Source: Anolis carolinensis (lineage: Eukaryota). Taken from it: a DNA stretch of 64,000 nt. The position numbers and the translations under genes were made by a program. The DNA lies in NCBI RefSeq assembly GCF_035594765.1, contig NC_085841.1, positions 364,735,252 to 364,799,251 of the forward strand. The letters run 5' to 3'. The notes under the pieces are model-generated. The model searched no databases. It saw only the letters and a program-made list of their open reading frames with translations, and had not been told where the DNA came from. This document shows positions 13,401-25,311 of the stretch, piece by piece (position 1 is the stretch's first letter; each line of letters begins with the position of its first letter).

Positions 13401-16400
13401 AAAAGGGAAAAGGGACCAAAAAGGGAGGAAGGAAGGAAAAAGGGAAGATGAAGGAAGGAGGAGAAAGGAATGAAGGAAGAAAGGAGAAGGAAAGCAAGAA
13501 GAAAGAAAAGAGACGGGACAAGGTGTACGAGGTCAAGGGAGGAAGCAAAGAAAAAGCCACAGACAAAATGCAAATTCAGGCAGTGCCAGTTCAATATAAA
13601 CATGGGAAGGGGAGCTTAGGAGACCAACATTCAGCTTCCGTGTCTTATCCAGAGAAGGAGTCTCCTTGTGGAGAGAAAAGTGGGATATAAATAAACACCA
13701 CCACCACCACAACAATAACGGAGGACCCACAACTGCTTCGGAACAGTGCTGCTTGCAAAGAGTTTCCGACTAATACGAAGACAAGACTCTATCTATGGCT
13801 GAACAGCAAATTAAATAAAACAATATACCCAAACTTTCTGAACTCAACGTCCACCTAATATTCTCCCAAGTACAATATTTTCTAACTCACCGATGTAAAC
13901 AACATCTGTTGTGTCAATGTTTTGTTGCGCAAATAGTAACGCAGCACGTACCTCTCATGGATACTGGGAAACTCGCATATAATATCTGCAAGGGCTTTCA
14001 AAGAATCTGGAAGGGTGACAGGGAAAAAAAATGCCTGTGAAACAGTATAATGGTTCGTCGTTTCATCCACAGGACACTGAAAAACAGTGGTGCAGGGTTG
14101 CTAGTATTATGTTTCAGTCTACTTCGTTTTAAGGTTGTAAGCCTCTAAACTAGGCATGGGCCAACTTGGGCCCTCCAGGTGTTTTGGACTTCAACTCCCA
14201 TCATTCCTAACAGCCTCAGGCCCCTTCCTTTTCCCCCTCGGCCGCTTAAGCGGCCGAGGGGGAAAAGGAAGGGGCCTGAGGCTGTTAGGAATGATGGGAG
14301 TTGAAGTCCAAAACACCCGGAGGGCCCAAGTTGGCCCATTTCTGCTATAGTAGTTCAAAGATAAATAACAGGAAAATACTGACTGATGCAGCATTAATTC
14401 AGAAACAAAAACACAGTGCCTGATCTCAAGTACCTTTCAGCGATTGGACCTGGTTCTTCACATAAGGGGCCGAAGAGAAGTTGCCGCAGAAGAAAAAACA
14501 CGTTGGAGGCACAGCGGAGTAACCTGGGTGGCAAAACAAAGGCCGTTACTCCTATTTGGTTTGCATGGAAACCAGGCCATCTGCCTTAAGAGTGATGTGC
14601 AAACATTCAAGTATAAGAACCCCAGTGCATGCTTGCTTGACTTCTTTCTCTGACACATAACCAGATACTCATAGATGGGCGAGAAAGCTTGCCCGAGAGA
14701 ACACCTGTGCTCGACAGCCGAATCAGGCTTGATCTTAGGGAGGAATCAAGCAAACTGAGAAGGTCGAAAAGACTTTGTGAGAAAGAAGAGCATAAAAAGT
14801 CTCACAGGCAAGGTAGTCAATTTCACAGAAATGACTTCATGTTTTGCGGTCTTTAAATCAGGGAAGTGTCTCTTTGGGAATAATGTCATATAACAGTGAG
14901 GATCGCAAGCCTTGTTTCCAGTTCATGTTTTAGTTCAAGAACATGTCTCAGTTCAAGAACACAGTTAAAGACCTGGCTTTTCCGACAAGCCTTCAATCAT
15001 GTTTAGGCTCTCTAATAATACATATGAGGACCTTTATTAGCACTTTAAAATTTTGAGGTAAAATACTGCTGTTTTATCTACAGCAATAGCTGTATTGTAT
15101 TGTTTCTACCGGGGGGACTGTGGATTTAAGATGTTGTGTTGACTGTTTATGTTTTGTTTTGCACTGGTTGTATTTTGTATGTCACACCTTGAGTGTTCTT
15201 TGAGCCGCCGCGAGTCCCTCTGGGAGATGGAGGCAGGATATAAATGAAGTTTTTATTATTATTATTATTATTATTTTATTTTATTATGACACAGCAAACA
15301 AGATAGATATGCTGGATTTCATATCACAAAATCACAAGTCGAACACTTCCCAAGTATCTAGGACTGTGTGATATATTTTCGGATGATGCGTGCAGATCCC
15401 AGTAGGGTGGCCTTTTGCAGTTGGCAGATCGTAATTTTGTCAATGTCTATTGTTTCCAAATGCTGGCTGAGATCTTTTGGCACAGCACCCAATGTGTCCA
15501 TCACCACGGGGACCACCTGCACTGGTTCAATCTTGAGGTCCTGATAGCAGCTGAGTTTTTCCTGTTGTTTTTTGTCAATGCGACCGTCACCTGGGACAAC
15601 ATCAATGATCCAAACCTTTTTCTTTTCCACAACTGTGATGTCTGGTGTGTTGTGTTCCAGAACTTTGCCAGTCTGGATTCGGAAGTATTATCATTATTAT
15701 TATTATTACTATTATCATAATCATCATCTTGGGAGTGTGGATGCATAGTTTAAGAAGTTTTTATAGTCTGGCTTTTGGATTCATGTTCATGTTTTGGTCC
15801 TTGTTTCTCTGGATTTATGCTCATGTTGAATTTTGAGATTTCTGTACCTGGTTTATGAAACAGCTTCAAACTGTCTGAATTATTATCTTTGGAGTATTTT
15901 CCTATTGCCAGTTTGGTTTTGCTTACTACTTGTTTGACTATTTTTCGCCATTACCTCTTGGATTTTGCCTTTATTTCTTACAGCGAATTTTCCTTTTTAT
16001 ATGTGTTTTTATCAATAAACTATTTTACTGTTACTTTTGGTTTCCTGGTTGGTGTTGAGGGCAAGGTGAATTCTGCAACACTACACAACACTGTGCACCA
16101 AGGACACAAGATGCACACAGCAGAAAAGCCAAGGCCTTTAGAGGTGCTGCTGATCTACAACCCCAACTAACACAGTTAATGCTGGAGGATTATGGGAGCT
16201 GTAGATATTATTAATATTATTAATACTTTTAATTCATTATCTGCTTCTCCTTCCAACTGGAGGTGGGATACAACATAGCTAAAATACATCATAATACTGA
16301 AATACATTCAATATTGTGTTGTTTCTCAAGAATGACCCAATAGAATGGTCTTTAAAACTAGCCAATAGTTTCCTCTGAAAAGCCACAAGCAGAGAATAAA

Positions 16401-19400
16401 AGGCAGCCCTCCAATGTTTCTGGGCTATGGAATTAAATGTAAGCTGCTAAGAATTGTGGGAGTTGAAGCCCAAAATACCTGAAGGGAGGGTTGAATTTGC
16501 CCATGCCTGTTCTAGCGTAATGGTGAAATGTTTCCCTGCCTGCACCATTCCTTATTTTACAGACATAAAAATCTCTTAAGTTGCTGTTTGTCTGAACAGA
16601 ACCCTCACAGGCTTCCAAGATACGGATCAATGGAGGTACCTGAAAACATTAGGCGGAGCTTCTCCAAAACCTCCACCTGGTCCAGCCAGACATCCGAAAG
16701 GAACACAAACATGGTGTCTTCGTTCTCTTCTTCCAGTTGCTTCAACTTGGCCGAAGCCTTGACGGAGGTTGAGGAAGGGCCTCCAAAGAAGTTTGCGTTT
16801 CCATAATATGCCCTGCAGAGAAAAACAAGGAACGATGAGAAAAGCAAGCTCTCTATGGTCAGCCTTAGAGTTGAAGTCTTTTTAAAACAGAGTATTCTTT
16901 CGAAGTACAATTTAAGATCTAAATCCTTCATTACACTATGTAACAAAACCTGAAAAAAAATCTATTACTGGTTTGATAGTGTTATTTCCTGTTTAATTCT
17001 GTGATACTTACTTTGAAAGTAGTTGTTCTACTCCAGAAACTTTTTTTGAGGCTGAGGATAGTACTACTATTTTCTTCAGTCTAGGCACTTGGTTTGTAAT
17101 TGTTGTGACTGCGCCTTCGGGGATTATGGTTGATGGGGATGGAATTCGAAGAGGAAGAAAAAACCCTCGTGATGAGGGTTCACTGGAGGAGTTGCGCAGG
17201 AAGCGACTTAGAGAGCTATATGGGGATCTTCTGAGGAAGATTCAGATGGGGAGATGGATGCTGAGGAACAGGTGGTGGCTGGGGAAGCGGGCACTGAATG
17301 GGCACAGCCACCGGAGATGTCTGAGGATTTGGGGTCTATGGATACTTCTGAACCTGGGGTTTCTGCAGGAGCTGATCCCAATTGGGATGCTTGGAGAAGG
17401 GAGGATGGTTCTTTAAGTGTTCATGGGGCTAAGTGTGGGCAGGATGATTGGGACTCCAACGAATTGCTAGGTACTCCCGATCCACAAGCTCTAGCTGTGT
17501 GGAGCTCAGACTCTGAGTAGATTTGGGACACCTGGTGTTTGGGTGTGAGTGTTTGGTCACCCAGGAGGAAGGGGAATAAAATGGGAATGTTTGGCCACTG
17601 CACTTTGTGTGTGGCAAGGTGTTGCTGAGGCGCCATTGGGATCTCTGTGTTTCCATGAAGACTGGACTTGGACTATGATTTGAATCTGCTGTTATCACCT
17701 AGCTTGGCTCTCGCTGTGTCTTATCGTGGACCTGTTTTGGATGACTGCACCCTCTTCAGACCTTGGATCGGAATTTGACCTTGCTACTGCCTTCGCCCTG
17801 TGATTGATGACTACTATCGGCTTTTGACTCCTGGCTTGCTGTTATCTCCTGACCTGACCTTGGAATCCCGGACGACGTCTTTTCACCATCCTTTTGTAGC
17901 CTTCGGCTTTATCCACATTGTGGAAGCAGTCTACTGCATTCTTAGTTAGTTAGTTTGTTTCCTGACCAATTTAGTGTTTTCTTTTGGGAACTGTTCCTTT
18001 GAAAACTACAGAGCCGGCTGGCAGGGCTTGGACTCAGAAAGTGCAGTTTGCACTAAGTTTGTTTAGCTTTGTTTTTACCTGCTTGTGTTGCTGAATTATA
18101 TTTTTGTTTGAACTGCTCTTGAAGCACTGATAGTGAAGTGTTTCAAGGTTTTTTCTGTGTTAACATTACTTTTTGGCTTATCTGCTGAATAAACTCTATT
18201 TTTGTTCGCTAATTGGCGTCTGACTCTTGACAGTAATTTTCCTTAATGAAAATATGCCATTTTTAACCTTTCAATGTACAGATCACTACAAGGTTTTTGC
18301 AGTTTAATAAACCTTTTCTATGTTTTTATGATAGAACCAATTAGGAAATGACATTTATAACCCAGGAAGAAAAATTGTGTTACATAGTGTTATTTACCAC
18401 TAAGACCCTTACCAGCATTAACATTTCGGAAGTGCAGGTATTTTGGAATAACAGAAGTCATCTCAACAAAGGATTTTTCAAGGTTCAAAAATTATACAAT
18501 TATAACATTTTATATGTATTTTCATGTGTGTATTTTATAGAAATATGTTTTAATATATGTTTTTGTTGAATGTATTGTATGAAGAGGATATATTTTAACT
18601 GAGTTGTAACCCGCCTTGATTCGTAAGGAGAGGCAGGTAATAAATAAAAATGTATCATTGTTGTTTAGGCCTGCACAACATTATGCAGTGGACCCTTGTT
18701 ACCTGCACCTATTGTGCAATGAGTGGTAGGACAAGCAAAAAAGGCAGGGATTCCTGTTCAAGATTTGACCTTGGTTTAGGCATGATAATTACTATACTGT
18801 ACTGCAGGTATGAGCAAACTTTGGCCCTCCAGGTGTTTTGGACTTCAACTCCCACAATTCCTAACAGCTGGTAGGCTGTTAGGAATTGTGGGAGTTGAAG
18901 TCCAAAACACCTGGAGGGCCCAAGTTTGCCTATACCTCGTCAAACAGATCTTATAAGTCAAGAATATAAATACCTCGTTGTAGCAGAAGGCTCTGTTGGG
19001 GGGAACCCAAAAGCATTGACGTGAAAGACCTCGTCTTCATACCAGCCTAGGAAGTAAAATGAGAAGTGCCTCTGATTAAACAGGGAAACGTATGACATTT
19101 CTTACACCAAATGGTTCCCTATATTCTTAAGAGAGGCAGTAAATATGACACCCTACAACCAGAGCCTCAGGATCTTTGAATTTATATTCTAATCTACTTC
19201 CATGATCAAGAACATCATCGTTTTGAATTCTGTCATGACGTTTGAGAATTGTTCCCTGTCCCCTTGGCATGGGTAATGCTGCCAAAGGTTGCTTTCCAAC
19301 CTTAAAAATCATTCAATTACAGTAACATTTTTAATGCATAAAAATACTGAAACATTTTAAATTACTGTATAATGTAACTTCAAAAAATTAAAGAGAGATC

Positions 19401-22400
19401 CATACAAGTTGGCTGCTCCCAGAAGGGTGGCAGAACAGATTTTTCTGTGGTTTGTATCTCACAACAAAACCGCAACTGACACCTAAAATTATCTGGTTCA
19501 GAACAACAGCTCTCGGGTCAAGGGAAACAGCTCTGTTTGCAGCTTCTGATGAAAACACCAAATTCTTGTTCTCCTCATCCCGATACTATTCATAATTTTG
19601 GATATCTATCCGGGCTCTTTGCTATTGGAAGAGGACTGACCTATGAGTCAGCCTTAAGGATTCGTTGGGATCTCAAATATGAGTCAACCATCGTCATGAA
19701 AAGAAAACTGTCTGCCTTACCTTCTGTTAAAACGAAGCACGACTCTGTATATAAGCCGCTGTGGAACTGGTGCAAAGTGGTTAAGGGTGATAGGAACTAA
19801 GGCAGTGCAACAGAAACACACATTAGAAGCAAAGCAGGTAAACAGTCATGACATTCATTTCCATGTTCATTAATAGTTTAACAGTATGTCCGAATTCTAA
19901 AACAGCACTGGCTGTTAGGAATTGTGGGAGTTGAAGTCCAAAACACCTGGAGGGAGGGCCAAGGTTGGCCCATGCCTGCCCTAAAGTATCGGATGTGTTG
20001 CAATAGCAGCTTCCCAAATTAGTTTAGTGTTTACACCTTATTTTATTTTTATATTCAATAGCTCCTTTACTTAAGTGATATTTGTCTTTACTTTGATAAT
20101 GTAGCACAAATCCTATGTAAAATCATACAACGTATTTTTGACATTAATTTTGAAAATATATATAACAAGCAGGCATTTGGGGAAGGATAAGAGGCAGAGG
20201 TTGGTGGTGGCATTGAGGGGGAGCTGTGAGTTTTAAAGGCTACTTAAATGCTATTTTAAGTCTATTTATTATATTTTAATCTCCAGATGGTGGAGCTGGG
20301 GGACTCGACTACTTGGCCTATGGCTTATGGGATCAGTTTTGTCCCCATGCTATTCAATATTTACATGAAACCGATGGGACAGGTCGTCTGGAGTTTTGGA
20401 GTTTGGTGTCAAATTTATGCAGACAACACCCAACTCTATTACTCCTTTCCACCTAAAGCCAAGGATGCCGTTCTGCTCCCGAACCAGTATCTGTCATCAG
20501 TGATGGGCTTGTAAAGATTGCTAACTGGGACGCCATTCAGGGAGCAAATAACTCCTGTTACGGCAACTCCATTGGCTGCTGGTCTGCTTCTGAGCTAAAT
20601 ACAACGTGCTGGTTATTACCTATAAAGCTCTAAATGGTTTGGGCCAAAACTATTTGGGAACCCACATCCCGACTTACAATCCCATTCGGCCACTGTGATC
20701 ATCTGAGGGGGCCCTCCTCTCAATCATTATTCTTACTGGACACACATGGAAAGGATATTGCTTTACTGATGTCCAGCTGGACAACGCCGGTCGGGTCTTC
20801 CAAGAAAAACTTGCCCTTAAAAATACAGATACAAGCGAGTAAGATCAAACTATCCCATTTCAATATTCCCCTTGGAAGTGCAAATGAACCCAGCCTGTTC
20901 TTACTCTGGTTTCTTTCAACATCTAATTCACAAAGGATTTTGGAAAATCACCCTTTCCTCTCTCTTGGTGGATTGGCCACAAAATCATATGCGTTATCAT
21001 CACTCCGCCCAAAGAGCTCACCTCCTTCAGCTGTGTTATCATCCCAAGAACGATCACTTCCCCGACTCTGGATGAGCTGCCCAAGAGAGTCTCGATGGTT
21101 TTGAGCTGGAATCAAAGGCAATGAATACATTAAAGCTGATTGTACCAGGTTAAAAAAAATAGCTTCTATTTAACTTCATCTACAATCTTTAACATATTTC
21201 ACTATTAAATTGTAAGTATAAAGTGCACTTTTTTGCTGTTGCGCATTACATTCAGCAGCAAATACTTGTTTTGGTTTCAGGATTTTGAAAATTGAGGTAT
21301 GCATTAGGTTCAATGGTGCATGAGACTCGAGTCAATATGAGTAGCACATTGAGACCATGGAGGCTGTGGCCTCCATCTCCCACAGCCTCCAAATATGTTA
21401 CTTTGGTCCTTGGACTGATAAGAGCTCCTGCACCAGTCCCAAGGGATGAAATCCATCCCTTTTTGCATGATAGGAACAGGCTCTATTTACCTGGAATTTA
21501 CTCCTGCCTTCCTCTGGGAGAGCACCGATAGCGGACGGTGTGAACAATTCATGCCTGTGGGTTCTCTGTAAAGAGTGAATAGGAGTATTTTCTTTAAAAT
21601 TAAATTCAAATTTTATTTCAAAAACAAAAAAACATTTTAACGTGATACAACTGCATGATTACACCATGTATTCCAAGATATCCATGCCCCACCCTCATGA
21701 TTCACATGTGTTGTCAAAGGCTTTCATGGCCAGAATCACTGAGTTGTTGTGAGTCTTTCTGGGCTGCCTGGCCATGTTCCAGAAGCATTCTCTCCTGACA
21801 TTTCACCCACATCTGTGGCAGGCATCTTCAAAGTTTGTGAGGTCTGTTGGAAACTAGGTAAGAGGGGTTTATATATCTGTGGACAGTCCAGGGTGAGAGA
21901 AAGAACTCTTGTCTGTTTGAAGCAAATGTGAATGCAGCAATTGGCCACCTTGATTATCACTGAATGGCCTTGCAGCTTAAAGGACTGGCTGCTCACTCCC
22001 ATGTGAATGGCTTTATATTTGTATAAAGCCATTCACGTGACTTTATACAAATACAGCTCTGTCAGTTCTGTTATTTCTAATGATTCGAATTTCATCCATT
22101 ACACTATGTAACAAAATTTGAAAAAACTATGTTCCAGGTTTGAAAGTGATCTTTCCTGTTTAATTTGAAAGTAGTTGTTCTACTCTAGAAACTGTTGCTG
22201 CCACAAACCAGGCTGGATTGGTTGAGACTAAATGGTGAGATATTCATTGAAAAGCTAGAGCAAAATGCACTATAGCAGGATGTTCCTCCCACAAAAACAA
22301 AGCTTTTGCAGTTTAGTAAACTTTGACCATATTTTTATGATACAACTAATGGGGAAAAGACATTGATAATCCAGGAACAAAAACGGTGTTATTTATACAT

Positions 22401-25155
22401 AGTGTTATTTATGCCTATTTCCCCTGCGAGGGAGTCATAACTTTACATCCTGATTCCAAATTCTGTACATATTTTTCTGAATTCATGGAACTTTCTAAAA
22501 CTTTAAGTCAGATGTTGGAAAGCTTAGTTTTTTTCAGCTAAAGCAATGGGCTGCTGCACTGCTGTCTGGGGATGATTGGCGCTGTTGTCCAAAAATGTAA
22601 CTTTTCACAGCACTGTTTTAAGCACAAAATGGACTACATCTCCTTGGTATTTTTTTCCTCACCTGCTGCAAGATGATGTAACGCTCACGGAACACTTCTG
22701 CTTTATCCCTGGCAGAGCCTAACAGACAGGGCGGAGGGTGGTTGGTCATCGAGAGGCTGAAAGAAACGATACAGAGACTTGTGTAAATGTTGGGGAAGCT
22801 GATAAAATAGGTTTCCCACAAAAGCAGAAATGTAAAAATATTTGCTTTTTATTTCGGGGCTTCAACCTGAACCCAATTTACAGCAATCCCATCCCAGCAG
22901 AAATCAGCAAAAGTTATTCCAAGGAGGCTGGTTACTGCCTTCCTCTGAAGTTGAGAGAGTGCAACGCCCTTCTGCATGAAGGAAATAAAATCCAAACCCT
23001 CCTGTCAGATGGTCATCCAGCCTCTGTTAAAAAGCCTCCCGAGCAGGAGACTCCACCAGACTCTAAGGCAGTGGATTCTACTCTTAAACAGCTCTGGTCC
23101 CTTCCACACAGCTGTATAAAATCCACATTGAATTGGATTTTATGGCAGTGTAGACTCAGATAACTCAGTTCAAAGCAGGTATTGTGGATTTTCTGCCTTG
23201 ATATTCTGGGTTATATGGCTGTGTGGAAGGGCCCTGGGTCTCTTCCTCAATTTGTGGGAATTATGAACTAGTAGTATGGTATTAAATGTAGAAGTGTGAA
23301 TATACAATATTTCTAAAAGGGAGCAGATTAAGAATATAATCTGAGAGGTCTATAGATTGGTTTCTATGCTTGTTAGTTAATCCTGTTTTAATATATTATG
23401 TTCTGTGTGTTTCTGCATATTGGTTTGTGTCTTTTTGTGTGTGTTGTCATTTCTGGGAGCTATACCTAGCCTTACTGTAGCAGCATTTGTTAAAAAGTAG
23501 ATCAGTAGGCTTGTTTTTTTAAAAAAATGTATAACTTGATAATTTGTTTGGTCATCATTTTATTTATAGAGAGTAGCGTGGCATGTAAACTGGCCCGGTA
23601 TTCAAACTTACGGTAGAAATTTCTTTCTCTCAGAATTGTAAATGTACCGCGGGATATCAAAAGCTCCGATTATGTTGAAGATATGTTCCCTGTGGGAAAA
23701 TCATATTACGTGAAGAAACACATTTGAAAGCTTTCTTTGGAGACAAACAAATTATGAAAAATAAATTGCTACAGTATTCTGCTGTGCCAATTATCTTGTT
23801 TCTACATGTGTAATAACAATAACAAAACTATATTTATATACCGCCCTATCTCCTAATTGAATCATTTGAAAATACCGAGCAATAACATGAAAAATAATGT
23901 TCTAAGTTCTGAAAAAAAGCAGATGCAAGATATCATTAGCTGCATTTCCACATTACGACATACAGTAACAGGAACCTTGCCCTATTATATGACAATGTGA
24001 ACTCCTAGCATAACAATGCATGAAACACACTTATTCCTTTTCACTCTGCCATTCACGAAAAGAAATTAACACAGCAGGCAGAAACATGCCTATACCAGGA
24101 ATTACATTCAATGCTTGTTTCCACTTAGACCAGGATCACCAGCTAGCTTTAAACCTGAGATTATTGCTGAGTTACTACATCAGGAATTTTTGTGACATTA
24201 AAATCTGAAATATCAACCAAACAAAGCAATGGAAGTAAATAAAAAGCATCAAAAGCATCAACTGAATTAGACTGAATCAAAGCTCTTGCTCGTTTGAAGT
24301 AAACTAATGCATGCAAACATACATGGTTTCGTCTACAGACTGGCTGCACTCCAGGACAGCTGCTTCTACCATGGACTTTTCAATCATGTTACATGACACT
24401 GAAAAGAATATTGTGAAAATTAAAAACGGTTGCCTATGCATTGAGGAGCACACTTAAAAAGCGTATTACATAATTGCATTGAAAGTAAGTACTAACAAAG
24501 TGTTATTCCTGTTTAATTGTGCGGTCCTTACTTTGAAAGCAGTTGTTATACTCCAGAAACTTTGATGCTTTTGTGGCTGCCACATACTAGGTTGAATTGG
24601 TTGAGACTCGATTATGAGATAATCACTGAAAAACTAGAGCAAAATGTGCTACAGGATGTCCGTCCCATACAAACAAAGTTTTTGCAGTTTAATACACTTT
24701 TGCCATGTTTTTATGAAAGAAATAATTAGGAAATAACATTCATAACCCAGGAACAAAAATCATGTTACATAGTGTAATACTTCCATCTCTTTAACCCTTA
24801 TTCGAAAATCAAATATATTTGGTTTCATCATATATATGTCCCTATTTCACTTAAGTTATATTTGTCTTTACTGCTTTAATGTAGCACAAATCCTATGTAA
24901 AATCATACTATGTATTTTTGACATTAATATTGAAAACTTAAATATATACAGAAAGTCTTTACTTTCTGGCGCAACGGGTTAAACCCTTGTGCTGGCTGAA
25001 CTGCTGACTTGAGTTCAAATCCACCATCCTACCATCTGTCAGCCCTAGCTTCCCATGAGTGAAGCCCCCCACAGGATGGTAACACATCCGGGCATCCCCT
25101 GAGCAATATCTTTGAAGACTGCCGATTCTCTCACACTAGAATTTGCTTCTGACAC

Positions 25156-25204
<49 letters not shown>

Positions 25205-25272
25205 CCCTGTCATACTGGGCATATTTGATGGAGAAGTAGAACAAAGTTCTGAATATGAAAGAATTCAAATAC

Positions 25273-25311
<39 letters not shown>

